A stretch of DNA of 64,000 bases from Actinomycetota bacterium (GCA_020636995.1 JACJWU010000003.1:153108-217107); one strand, 5' to 3'. Positions 19,343-29,388 are shown, numbered from the stretch's first letter. Notes: generated from the letters alone by a model not told the origin. A program made the numbers and translations.

Positions 19343-20878
19343 ATGTCTGTTCTCACGGAGGTCCGATCCCCGCAACGGACCCGTACACGGTGGTGGATCC
19401 TCGCCGTGCTCTGCCTGAGCCTGTTCATGGTGGTCGTCGACAACACGATCGTGAACGTGGCTCTGCCCACTCTCAGCGAGGAGCTGTCGGCCACCACGGC
19501 GAACCTCCAGTGGATCGTCGACGCATACACCTTGGTGTTCTCGGCGCTGCTGCTGGCGTTCGGCTACTTCGGCGACCGGACCGGCAGGCGCCGCGCCCTG
19601 CAGTTCGGGCTGGTCATCTTCGCGATCACGTCCGGGCTGGCAGCGCTGTCGCAGACGACGGAACAACTCATCGGCGCCCGCGCCCTCATGGGGGTCGGCG
19701 CCGCGATGATCTTCCCGGCGACGCTGGCGATCATCATCAACGTCTTCACCGACACCCGGGAGCGCGCGATGGCGATCGGTATCTGGTCCGGGGTGACCGG
19801 CCTCGCCGTCGCCGCCGGCCCCGTGACCGGCGGGCTGCTGCTCGAGCACTACTGGTGGGGGTCGATCTTCCTGGTCAACATCCCCATCGCGCTGCTGGCG
19901 CTGGTCGCCGGTCGCCTTCTGATCCCCGACAGTCGCGACCCCCGCCCGGGCCGGCTGGACCGGCTCGGCCTGCTCCTGTCGGTGACCTCCGTGGCGGCGA
20001 TCGTCTGGGCGGTCATCGAAGCTCCCCATCGCGGGTGGACCTCTCCGGAGGTCGTGATCGTCGGGACCACCGGGCTGCTCCTCCTCGCGGCGTTCGTCGC
20101 CCAGGAACTCCGGACCCGCTACCCGCTGCTCGACGTCTCCCTGTTCCGCAACCCGCGGTTCTCGGCGGCCAGCGTGGCGATCGCGTCAGCGTTCTTCGGC
20201 CTGTTCGGGTTCATCTTCCTCATCACCCAGTACATGCAGCTGGTGCAGGGCTACAGCCCCCTACAGGCCGGCCTGCGAACCGTGCCGTTCGCGGTGGTGA
20301 CCGGCGTCTTCTCCCCGCTGTCCATCGCGATCATGCACCGGATCGGCAGCAAGGCCGTCGTCGCGTTCGGCCTGACGCTGATGAGCGCGGGCTTCGTGAT
20401 GGCGTCGACGCTCGACGCCGACAGCGCGTACTTCGGCCCGGTACTGGCGAGCATGGTGGTGATGGCGGCAGGCCTCGGCCTCACCACCAGCCCGGCGACC
20501 GAGGCGATCATGGGCGCGCTGCCCGCCGACAAGGCCGGCGTCGGTTCGGCGGTCAACGACACCACCCGTGAACTCGGCGGCACCCTCGGGGTCGCCATCG
20601 TCGGCTCGGTGTTCGCAAGCCTCTACGGGCCTCGGATCGTGGACGGACTCAACGGCTTCCCGGACCAGGTCGTCGCCCTGGCCGAGGAGTCGATGGGCGC
20701 CGCGGTGGTGCTGTCCGAGCAGATCCCCCAGGGTGAGGTACTGCTCGAGGCCGCCCGGTCGGCGTTCATGGCGGGCTTCCAGGCCGGGTCACTGGTGGCT
20801 GCCGCCGCCACAGGGATCGGCGCAGTCCTCGCGCTGCTGTGGCTGCCTGCCCGGCACCGCGTCACAGCATCGACGTGA
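19343..20878 (+). CDS. MFS transporter, DHA2 (EmrB/QacA, 14-TM) type
   Basis: Length, hydrophobic profile and the GDRTGRRR motif. Paired with the TetR gene. Confidence 0.88.
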   Translation: MSVLTEVRSPQRTRTRWWILAVLCLSLFMVVVDNTIVNVALPTLSEELSATTANLQWIVDAYTLVFSALLLAFGYFGDRTGRRRALQFGLVIFAITSGLAALSQTTEQLIGARALMGVGAAMIFPATLAIIINVFTDTRERAMAIGIWSGVTGLAVAAGPVTGGLLLEHYWWGSIFLVNIPIALLALVAGRLLIPDSRDPRPGRLDRLGLLLSVTSVAAIVWAVIEAPHRGWTSPEVVIVGTTGLLLLAAFVAQELRTRYPLLDVSLFRNPRFSAASVAIASAFFGLFGFIFLITQYMQLVQGYSPLQAGLRTVPFAVVTGVFSPLSIAIMHRIGSKAVVAFGLTLMSAGFVMASTLDADSAYFGPVLASMVVMAAGLGLTTSPATEAIMGALPADKAGVGSAVNDTTRELGGTLGVAIVGSVFASLYGPRIVDGLNGFPDQVVALAEESMGAAVVLSEQIPQGEVLLEAARSAFMAGFQAGSLVAAAATGIGAVLALLWLPARHRVTAST

Positions 20879-22208
20879 GCCTCCGGGTCGCGATCTGGAC
20901 GGGATCCCACACCGGGGAGAACGGCGGCGCGTAGGCCATGTCACAACTCGTGACCTCCTCCACCGTCATCCCGTTCCAGATCGCGACCGCGGCGGCATCG
21001 ATGCGTTTGCCGGCGCCGGCCTGTCCGACGATCTGACAACCGAGCAGACGACCGGTGCCGCGCTCGGCGATGGCCTTGACGTGGATCGGGCCTGCACCCG
21101 GGGCGTAGTGGGCCTTCGTCGTCGCGCGGATCGTCACGCTCACCACGTCGAGGCCGAGGTCCCTCGCCTCCTGCTCACGCAGGCCCACCCGCGAGATCTC
21201 GAGTTCACAGATCTTCGACACGGCCGTACCGACGATCCCGGGGAACCGCAGATCACCACCGGCGAGATTCGCACCGATGACACGACCGTGCTTGTTGGCG
21301 TGGGTCCCGAGCGGCACATGCAAGCGACGGCCAGTGATCCGGTCGCCGACCTCCACGCAGTCCCCACCCGCCCAGATCCCCGGATGGTCGAGCACCTGCA
21401 TCCGGTCGTCGGTGAGCAGCCCGCCGCGTTCCCCGATCGGGAGCCCCGCGGCGGCGGCCACGTCGGCGTTGGGACGCACACCGAGGCCGAGCACCACGAT
21501 GTCCGCCGGGTACCTCCCGCGCTGGGTGACCACGGCGGCGGCGCGGCCACTGTCCCCCGCCTCGATCGACTGCACCGGCTCACCACCCCGGTATGAGATG
21601 CCCATCTTCTCCATCGCCGTGGCGATCAACGCACCCATGTCGGTATCGAGTGTCGTCATCGGCTGCTCGGCCTGATCCACGACGGTGACCTGCAGACCGC
21701 GCCTCTTCATCGCCTCGGCCATCTCGATGCCGATGTAGCCGGCGCCGATGACGACCGCGGTGTTCGGACCGCGGTGCATGCTGTCGAGCACCTGCAGGCC
21801 GTCGTCGAGGGTCTGGACACCGTGCACACCCGGCAGGTCGATGCCCGGGATCGGCGCACGGATGGGGACCGCACCCGTGCCGATGACCAACTGGTCGAAG
21901 GCCAGGTCCTCGGTTCCCCCGGAATCGGTGGTCGCGCTCACCGTCCTTGCCTCGACGTCGATCGCCGTGACCGTCCAGCCGGTGCGCAGATCCAGGCCGT
22001 TCGCCCGGTGTTGCTCGGGGGTCCGCGCCACGAGTCCGTCCGGGCCCTCGACCTCGCCGGCCATCCAGTACGGGATCCCACACGCCGAGTAGGACGTCCA
22101 TGGCTGTCGCTCGAGGACGATCACCTCGGCCGACTCACCCAGCGCCCGCTTGGCCCCCGACGCCGCCGATGCTCCACAGGCGTCGCCGCCGATCACCACG
22201 ATTCGCAT
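20862..22208 (-). CDS. FAD-dependent pyridine-nucleotide-disulfide oxidoreductase (CoA-disulfide reductase / NADH oxidase family)
   Basis: MRIVVIGGDACGASAA dinucleotide fold, and SYSACGIPYW matching the single active-site Cys motif of the family. The ATG at 22244 is an alternative start. Confidence 0.8.
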   Translation of the reverse strand: MRIVVIGGDACGASAASGAKRALGESAEVIVLERQPWTSYSACGIPYWMAGEVEGPDGLVARTPEQHRANGLDLRTGWTVTAIDVEARTVSATTDSGGTEDLAFDQLVIGTGAVPIRAPIPGIDLPGVHGVQTLDDGLQVLDSMHRGPNTAVVIGAGYIGIEMAEAMKRRGLQVTVVDQAEQPMTTLDTDMGALIATAMEKMGISYRGGEPVQSIEAGDSGRAAAVVTQRGRYPADIVVLGLGVRPNADVAAAAGLPIGERGGLLTDDRMQVLDHPGIWAGGDCVEVGDRITGRRLHVPLGTHANKHGRVIGANLAGGDLRFPGIVGTAVSKICELEISRVGLREQEARDLGLDVVSVTIRATTKAHYAPGAGPIHVKAIAERGTGRLLGCQIVGQAGAGKRIDAAAVAIWNGMTVEEVTSCDMAYAPPFSPVWDPVQIATRRLTSML

Positions 22209-22264
22209 GGTCGTATCCTTCCTGGACGGGGCGGGGGTGGCCATTCGGCGCAGTCCGGCTCCCT

Positions 22265-22381
22265 TTGTGACGACGTTGGCTGCGCCCGGACCCCCGTTGT
22301 CACGAAGGTGCTGGGTCCAGACCAGCCAGAGCGCCCACCTTCGTCACAATCGCGGACCGTGGGGGCGCACCTTCGTCACAA
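22265..22381. promoter_or_regulatory. Four-copy 14-nt motif array (TTGTGACGAAGGTG-like) in a divergent intergenic region
   Basis: Forward copies at 22265-22278 and 22297-22310. Reverse copies at 22336-22349 and 22368-22381. Spacing is 32 nt within each pair, and the two pairs are inverted relative to each other. Confidence 0.6.
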
Positions 22382-22418
22382 AGACGCCGCGGCGGCCGCG
22401 CGGCGCGACCCGGCCACG

Positions 22419-23159
<741 letters not shown>

Positions 23160-23166
23160 GCACGAC

Positions 23167-23703
23167 ATGAAGGGCATCATCTTCAACCTCGTCGAAGAGG
23201 TGGTCGCCAACGATCACGGGCCGGATGCGTGGGACGACATCCTCGCGGCGGCCGGCGTCGAGGGCGCCTACACCGCCGTCGGCTCCTACTCCGACGACGA
23301 ACTGCTTGCCATCGTCAGCGCCGCAGCCACCGCGACGGGCGCCTCGGAGGACGACATCCTGCGCCATGTCGGCCGCTATTCGATCCCGCCGCTGGCGCAG
23401 CGTTACCCGGAGTTCTTCACCCTGCATCGTGGCCTGCGCACATTCCTGCCGAGTTTGAACAGCGTGATCCACCCGGAGGTCCGCAAGCTGTACCCGGGCG
23501 CGCAGCCCCCTCACTTCACGATCACCGACGACGCCGACGGCGGGATCCTGATGGAGTACCACTCCCAGCGCAGCATGTGCCGTCTGGCCGAAGGGCTCAC
23601 GCTGGGTGCCGCCGATCACTACGGGGAGCCGGTGACGGTCACACACCCGCAGTGCACTCGCGAGGGTGCCTCCCACTGCCTGCTGCGGGTCGACCTGGGA
23701 TGA
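23167..23703 (+). CDS. H-NOX (haem nitric oxide/oxygen binding, HNOB) domain protein
   Basis: A 178-aa protein beginning MKGIIF. It has a proximal-His context LNSVIH(102)PEV, P114-P115 and Y131-x-S133-x-R135. Confidence 0.85.
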   Translation: MKGIIFNLVEEVVANDHGPDAWDDILAAAGVEGAYTAVGSYSDDELLAIVSAAATATGASEDDILRHVGRYSIPPLAQRYPEFFTLHRGLRTFLPSLNSVIHPEVRKLYPGAQPPHFTITDDADGGILMEYHSQRSMCRLAEGLTLGAADHYGEPVTVTHPQCTREGASHCLLRVDLG

Positions 23704-25388
23704 CCGATCACGAACTCCTCGAGGCACGGGCACAGATCGCCCGGCTCCAACGTCGCGTGGAGCGCGAGCGCGCGGCCCGGCGGGAGTCCGAAGAGGTCGC
23801 AGAAAGATCTCTGCGCAGGCTGTACGCGCGGCAGCGGGCTCTTGACCTGCTGACGCGTTCGGCGGCGGCCTCCAACTCGGCGACCGACGATCAAGCGGCC
23901 TTCACCGAGGTCATGACGATGATCGTCGAGGAGTACGAGTGGAACGTCGGTCATCTGCTGTCCCCCGCCAGGGACGATCCATCTGTACTGGTCTCAAGCG
24001 GCCTGTGGGTGGGCAGTCCACAGGACCCCTTCTTCCGCGAGGTGCGGGCGGCCACGGTTGCCGCACGCTTCGGACCGGGCGTCGGCATCCCCGGGCGGGT
24101 GATGGTGCACGGTCCGCGGTGGGAGAACCAACCCACCGACCTCATCCCGGCCCGCCAACACCTCGTCTCCCAGGGCAGCGTCTTCGCGTTCGGTGTGATG
24201 GTCGAGTCCGTCCTCGTGGGCGTACTCGAGTTCCTCAGCGCTGTCCCCAAGCCCGAGGATCCCGACCTCGTGGAACTGGCCACACCGATGGGCGAACAAC
24301 TGGGCCGGGTCATCGAACGCGCCAAGGCGCGTGAGGCCGAGCAACGACACCGGGTCGAACTCGAGCGCACCGTCAAGGAACGCACCGACGACCTGCGCAA
24401 GGCCCGCGATCGCGCCGAGGCACTGGCCCGTGCCCGCAGCGCCCTGTTCAACACGGTCACCCACGAACTGTCCACCCCGATCCATGCGGCACAGGCGGCA
24501 CTGGAGAAGCAGCCGCCGGAGGTGGTCACCGCCACCTCCCAATTGAACCTGCTGGGCAAGCGCATCGACGCGCTGATCGCTGTGGCCTCGGAGAGCGGGC
24601 AGGGGACCACCGGGAAGCCCACGGTGTGCGTGCTCGCAGACATGGTCACGGACGCCTGCGCGGCCCAGCGCGCCCTGATCACCCCCCACGGCGGATCTCT
24701 GAACCTGACCGTGGACCCGAGTGCGGCCGAAGAGGTGCTCATCGACTCGGAGCGGGTGCGAACCGCCATCGACACCCTCATGGCCGGCATCCGTCTTGCC
24801 AGGGCAAGTGCCGAGGTCGGCGTCCGTGTCCACCTCGCCGGCCACCGTGCGGTGTTGGATTTCCGGGCGCCAGGAGTGCATCCCGATCCGGGGTCGTTGG
24901 AGGTGGTTCGCAGCGCCTGCGAAGCCGCATCCGGCTCGGTGACCATGCGGGACTCCGCCATTGAACTGTCCTTCCCGGTGTCCCGACCACGTCTGCGCCG
25001 CTTCGGCACCAACCGCAGGGTGCTGCTCGTCGATGACACGAAGGTCACACAGCAACTGGCGTCGGCGATGCTCCACGACGCCGGCTACGACGTCGATGTC
25101 GCAGGCGACGGGCTGGAGGCCATTGAGCGGGTCACCGAGCAGCCCTACGGGGTCGTCCTCATGGACGTCCGCATGCCGCGACTCGACGGGCTGGAGGCCA
25201 CTCGCCGGATCCGCGGCGGAGTGGCCGGCGATGAGCGGACGGAGATCCCCATCGTGGCGATGACGGCCGACACTGGTCCGGGCGCCGCGGAGCAGTGCAT
25301 GCTTGCCGGGGTCGATGCGTATGTCCCGAAGCCGTTCACGAAAGACACCCTGTTGACCCTCGTGGCCCGGTACGTGACCCCGCAGTGA
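23700..25388 (+). CDS. Coiled-coil-GAF-DHp(HisKA)-degenerate catalytic domain-REC hybrid sensor protein
   Basis: ATGA overlap with the H-NOX stop. H-box NTVTHELSTPIH. The C-terminal REC domain carries LLVDD, LMDVRMPRLDG and VPKPF. I could not find N, G1 or G2 boxes between the DHp and REC domains. Confidence 0.85.
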   Translation: MTDHELLEARAQIARLQRRVERERAARRESEEVAERSLRRLYARQRALDLLTRSAAASNSATDDQAAFTEVMTMIVEEYEWNVGHLLSPARDDPSVLVSSGLWVGSPQDPFFREVRAATVAARFGPGVGIPGRVMVHGPRWENQPTDLIPARQHLVSQGSVFAFGVMVESVLVGVLEFLSAVPKPEDPDLVELATPMGEQLGRVIERAKAREAEQRHRVELERTVKERTDDLRKARDRAEALARARSALFNTVTHELSTPIHAAQAALEKQPPEVVTATSQLNLLGKRIDALIAVASESGQGTTGKPTVCVLADMVTDACAAQRALITPHGGSLNLTVDPSAAEEVLIDSERVRTAIDTLMAGIRLARASAEVGVRVHLAGHRAVLDFRAPGVHPDPGSLEVVRSACEAASGSVTMRDSAIELSFPVSRPRLRRFGTNRRVLLVDDTKVTQQLASAMLHDAGYDVDVAGDGLEAIERVTEQPYGVVLMDVRMPRLDGLEATRRIRGGVAGDERTEIPIVAMTADTGPGAAEQCMLAGVDAYVPKPFTKDTLLTLVARYVTPQ

Positions 25389-25390
25389 CC

Positions 25391-27796
25391 TCAGGTGCTC
25401 GCAGTGGCGTCCACCAGGAAGTCGCGCATCTGCGTCTCCACGACCTCGGCCTCGGCGGTCACGTCAGCCAGCAGAGTGTCCGTGGCATCCGTCTCCATCT
25501 GGGCGCAGATCGCACTGAGCCGCTGGGCCCCCAGCATCGCCGACGCTCCCTTCAGGGCGTGCGCGGCTGACCGCACCGCCTCCCGCGAGCCCTCGCCGTA
25601 CCCCCTGTGGATCTCCACGAGGCGTCCAGGCAACTCCTCGAGGTACACACCCACGGCATCGCGAACCAACCCCGGGTCGCCGAGGTCATCGCCGAGTTGC
25701 CACAGCACTGCTGTGTCGAGAGTGATGTCGGACGTGGACCGCGCCGCAGCCACCTGCACCGGCGCCTCCCCGGGAAGGCGCTCCAGCACCTTGGTGATTC
25801 CGATGTGCAGTTCGGCACTGGTCGTGGGCTTGAGAACGTACCCGTTGAAACCCGCCGCAGCCAGCACCGACCGATCGATCCACCCGGGATCGGCGGTCAG
25901 CGCAAGTACCGCCAGGGTGTCGACGTCGGCGAGGCGTTCGCGGATGACCTTGACCGCTTCCAGGCCATCCATCACGGGCATGTTCAAGTCGAGCAGAACG
26001 ATGTCGTACTTGTCGCGCGCGATCTCCTCCACCGCCGCCGCCCCATCACTGACCGTGTGGACCGATGCCCCCATCCTCTGCAGCATCTCGGCGATCAGTG
26101 TGCGGTTGGTGGCGTCGTCCTCCGCGAGCAGGACCGGCAGCCCGGGGGGAAGCGCGAGGGTTTCGCGTACCACGGTGACCGGCACATCGGCGCCCAACGC
26201 CTCCAGCAGCCGTTCCATCGTCCACGGCAGGGCAAGGTACTCACCGGCGGTGGGCGCCGCCGCGACAGTCACGGTGGGTCCCATGATCAGAAGCCGGTGA
26301 CCGTCCGTGACCGGCATCGTGGCCTCCGGAGCAGCGGTGTCCGTGATCACCCGTACGTGCAGGGTCTCGGATTCCCCCGTGCACTGCGCAAGGATCTCCT
26401 TGCCCATCCGCTGCAACGCCATCGAAACCGCCTCGACCGCGAGCGGGTGCCCTTCGACCGTCGCCGCGCCCGAGATCCGCATCGCGTGCGCCGGGTGCTT
26501 CTCCTGCAGGGAACCCACCGGCAACAGCACGCGGAACGCAGTGCCCTTGCCCAACTCGCTGGTCACCGTCAGCGATCCGCCGAGGGCCGTGGTCAGTCGC
26601 TGAGCGATGGCCAACCCGAGGCCGGACCCGCCGTGCTTCTTGTGGACCCCGGGACCACCCTGCACGAACATCTCGAACACCGACTTCTGGGCCTCTTCGG
26701 TCATGCCGGGGCCGGTGTCTGTCACGCGGATGTCGATCCAGGGTTTGCGCTCGAACCTCGCGGGGCGGGCCACCACAGTGACCACACCCTCGTCGGTGAA
26801 CTTGACGGCGTTGGACACGAGGTTGAGCAGGATCTGCTGGAGGCGACTGATGTCGGTGTTGATCCATCCGTCGAGGTCAGGGCTGGCGGCGCCGATGAGC
26901 GGCACCTTCTTGCGCTGGGAGATCGGACCGACCATCTGCAAGACGTCGCTAATCAGTTCGCAGATGTCCGTGTCGGACTTGTGCACCTCGAGCTTGCCGG
27001 CCTCGAACCGTGCAAGGTCGAGCAGGTTGTTCAACAGCGTCGTCAGACCGTCTGCGGAATGTTGAACGCCCACGACCAGTTCGCGGGTACGGGCATCCAG
27101 TGGACGCTGCAGCAGGAGATCGACCATTCCCACGATTCCCGAGACGGGCGTGCGGACATCATGGCTGATCGTGGCGAGCAGACTCTGACGGCCTTCCGCG
27201 AGTTGCTCTGCGTCGCTGAGCAACCCGAGTTGAAGGTCCATGGTGGACGCCGCGGTGTCGAGGTTGGATCGCCGGGCGTAGCGCAGGAGCTGACCGAGCA
27301 AGGTGGCCATCACCATCGCGATCGCATAGTGCGACCAGTTGGCGCTCGGGATGTGGAGCATGGCGAGCACCCACGAGACCCACATGACAGCGGTGATCGC
27401 CACGTTCCAACCGGTCCGCAGGATCGCCATGCCTGCGCCGATGACGATCAGCATGAAGTTCGTCGTCTGCCACTCCTCCTGGCTCAGGTAGAGGTGCAGT
27501 GCGGAGTTCGCGATGAGGACCAGGAACACAGCGACGAGCACCAACGTGCCGTTCTCGGTGATCGTCTTGCGCCGCGCAGCCCACGCCACCGCCAGCAGCA
27601 GCACCGCGCTCACCGCGGCGACGGCGGACATGATCATGCCTTCCTCGCCGCCGACCAGCACCGGGTGCAGCAGCGCGAGCAACGCGAACAGCAGCCCGAG
27701 GAACAACCCGGCCGGGTACACGGTGCGCGCAGCCGCAGCGTCGTAGCGGACCTGCGGATCCGGGGAGAGCTCGGGTGGTATCCGGATCACTGCCAT
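25391..27796 (-). CDS. Tripartite hybrid sensor histidine kinase (multi-TM sensor-HisKA-HATPase-REC-HPt)
   Basis: SHDVRTPV H-box, NLVSNAVKFT, DTGPGM and GGSGLGLAIAQ. REC domain (LLAEDD, LLDLNMPVMDG). HPt motif HALKGASAMLGA. The N-terminus has about 6 hydrophobic helices. Confidence 0.9.
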   Translation of the reverse strand: MAVIRIPPELSPDPQVRYDAAAARTVYPAGLFLGLLFALLALLHPVLVGGEEGMIMSAVAAVSAVLLLAVAWAARRKTITENGTLVLVAVFLVLIANSALHLYLSQEEWQTTNFMLIVIGAGMAILRTGWNVAITAVMWVSWVLAMLHIPSANWSHYAIAMVMATLLGQLLRYARRSNLDTAASTMDLQLGLLSDAEQLAEGRQSLLATISHDVRTPVSGIVGMVDLLLQRPLDARTRELVVGVQHSADGLTTLLNNLLDLARFEAGKLEVHKSDTDICELISDVLQMVGPISQRKKVPLIGAASPDLDGWINTDISRLQQILLNLVSNAVKFTDEGVVTVVARPARFERKPWIDIRVTDTGPGMTEEAQKSVFEMFVQGGPGVHKKHGGSGLGLAIAQRLTTALGGSLTVTSELGKGTAFRVLLPVGSLQEKHPAHAMRISGAATVEGHPLAVEAVSMALQRMGKEILAQCTGESETLHVRVITDTAAPEATMPVTDGHRLLIMGPTVTVAAAPTAGEYLALPWTMERLLEALGADVPVTVVRETLALPPGLPVLLAEDDATNRTLIAEMLQRMGASVHTVSDGAAAVEEIARDKYDIVLLDLNMPVMDGLEAVKVIRERLADVDTLAVLALTADPGWIDRSVLAAAGFNGYVLKPTTSAELHIGITKVLERLPGEAPVQVAAARSTSDITLDTAVLWQLGDDLGDPGLVRDAVGVYLEELPGRLVEIHRGYGEGSREAVRSAAHALKGASAMLGAQRLSAICAQMETDATDTLLADVTAEAEVVETQMRDFLVDATAST

Positions 27797-27925
27797 ACGT
27801 CCTTATCGACGGGAAGAGCGCAATGCTTAACGGTACGCGGTTGGCCCGGGACGGCGCCGGGTGAGCGGTGGGTGGGTGGGGTTTCGCCGCCCTGCGATCG
27901 ACCGTGAGGCATACTGGGAGGCGCC

Positions 27926-27999
27926 GCGGGTGTAGTTCAATGGCAGAACATCAGCTTCCCAAGCTGACAGTGCGGGTTCGATTCCCGTCACCCGCTCCA
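27926..27999 (+). tRNA. tRNA-Gly (anticodon CCC)
   Basis: Acceptor stem GCGGGTG/CACCCGC. Anticodon stem TCAGC/GCTGA with loop TTCCCAA. T-loop GGTTCGATTCC. Encoded CCA. Confidence 0.9.
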
Positions 28000-28000
28000 C
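27956..28000 (+). repeat. attL core: the 3' part of tRNA-Gly
   Basis: TTCCCAAGCTGACAGTGCGGGTTCGATTCCCGTCACCCGCTCCAC, repeated at 46598-46642. Confidence 0.85.
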
Positions 28001-28007
28001 AGGAAAA

Positions 28008-28043
28008 GGGCCTCTGACCAGCACAAACACCGGTCAGAGGCCC
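28008..28043 (+). terminator. Hairpin downstream of tRNA-Gly
   Basis: GGGCCTCTGACC-N12-GGTCAGAGGCCC is a perfect 12-bp stem, followed by TTCTTC. Confidence 0.55.
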
Positions 28044-28105
28044 TTCTTCATGCGTCCTCGTAGTGCCCCGCAATGCCCGTTTCGTGCGACGAATGGCATG
28101 CTTTG

Positions 28106-28124
28106 GTTGCACGTTCGTTGCACG
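28106..28124 (+). repeat. Candidate integrase arm-type site (left)
   Basis: GTTGCACGTTCGTTGCACG, identical to 46515-46533. It contains an internal tandem GTTGCAC with 11-nt phasing. Confidence 0.5.
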
Positions 28125-28167
28125 GCCGATCGCACGGCCAGCAGCCTGAGGACGGGGAGGGGTCAAG

Positions 28168-29329
28168 ATGGGACGCCAGTTCGGGGCCATCAGGAAGTTG
28201 CCCAGCGGGAACTTCCAGGCAAGCTATGTCGCACCGGGGATCGGTCGGGTGACCGCTGCCCATCACCTTCGCCAGGTACGACCAGGCCGACACCTGGCTG
28301 GCCGCCCAGCGAGTCGACCTCGCGCGCGAGACGTGGAAGGCGCCATCCGTAGGCAGCATCTCCCTGCGGCAATACGCGGTTCCGTGGCTATCGCAGCGCA
28401 AGCTCAAGCCGCGCACGGCCGATCTGTACCAGCGCCTGCTGAACCTGCACCTGCTGCCGGAGCTGGGCGACAGGCCCCTCAAGGGGCTGACCCCCGCCGT
28501 GGTCCGCGCCTGGCACTCTGATCTCGGGAGCACAACCGGGCCGACCGCGCAGGCGCAGTCCTACCGGCTCCTTCGCACGATCCTCAACCAGGCCATGCGC
28601 GACGGCGAGATCCCGAGCAACCCCTGCCAGATCGTGGGGGCCGGTTCCACACAAACGGCCGAGCGGCCCGTGCCGACGTTGGCCCAGGTGCACCAACTGG
28701 CCGACCTCGTGCCTGCCCGGTACGAGGCGTTGGTCCTGGTCGCCGCCTACGGCGGCCTGCGCTTCGGAGAGCTCACGGCGCTTACCCGCGCCGACGTGAT
28801 TCTCCGGGAAGACAAGCTGCCCGTGCTGCGCGTCCGAAAGTCGATGAGTCGGCTGAACGGGAAATGGCTCGTGGGTTCCCCCAAGTCGGACGCGGGTATG
28901 CGCAACGTCGCCCTTCCGACCTTCCTCGGCCCCATCCTCACCGAGCACCTCGAAACCCAGGTCCGTGCCGGTGACGCCGCCCTGGTGTTCGCGACACGAT
29001 CGGGCCGCCCATTGCACAACGGGAACTGGACCTCGACCTTCAAGCGCGCCAAGACCCAGATCGGCCTGGACGACTGCCATTTCCACGACCTTCGCCATGC
29101 TGCCGCAACTGCAGCGGTCCAGTCCGGCGCCACCTTGAAGGACACGATGGCGCGCCTCGGCCACGCCAGCCCGCGGGCCACCATGATCTATCAGCACACC
29201 GCCCCAGATCGGGACGAGGGCATCGCCCACGCCTTGGATGTGGTCGCGAGGGAAGCTCAGCAGGGCAAGGCCATCCCACTGAACAAAGAGGGGGGCAGCC
29301 AGCCGGGATCGGAGGTGTCAGCGGGCTGA
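28168..29329 (+). pseudogene. Tyrosine recombinase / phage-type integrase, frameshifted
   Basis: The N-terminus (MGRQFGAIRKLPSGNFQASYVAPG) is in one frame. The rest (TFARYDQADTWLAAQ, then HDLRHAAAT, then LGHASPRATMIYQH) is in another. The frame change must lie between 28253 and 28265. The second frame has no start codon before 28499. Confidence 0.8.
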
Positions 29330-29350
29330 GCGCTGCACCCCGGTGATCGG

Positions 29351-29388
29351 CCCCCCGGAAATGGCGCTACAGGCGCTACACCGCTAAT
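29351..29388 (+). repeat. C-run-GAA-(GCGCTACA x3) module, copy B
   Basis: CCCCCCGGAAATGGCGCTACAGGCGCTACACCGCTAAT. Related copies at 30990-31029 (+) and 42513-42551 (-). Confidence 0.6.

Noticed and set aside
25607-27907. A 766-aa plus-strand ORF. Similar long antisense ORFs lie at 37390-39237 (615 aa), 23951-25076 and 57989-59140.
   Set aside because: All lie exactly antisense to genes with strong domain signatures. Their Arg/Gly/Pro/His-rich, low-complexity translations contain no motifs. Such stop-free antisense frames are expected in very high-GC DNA.
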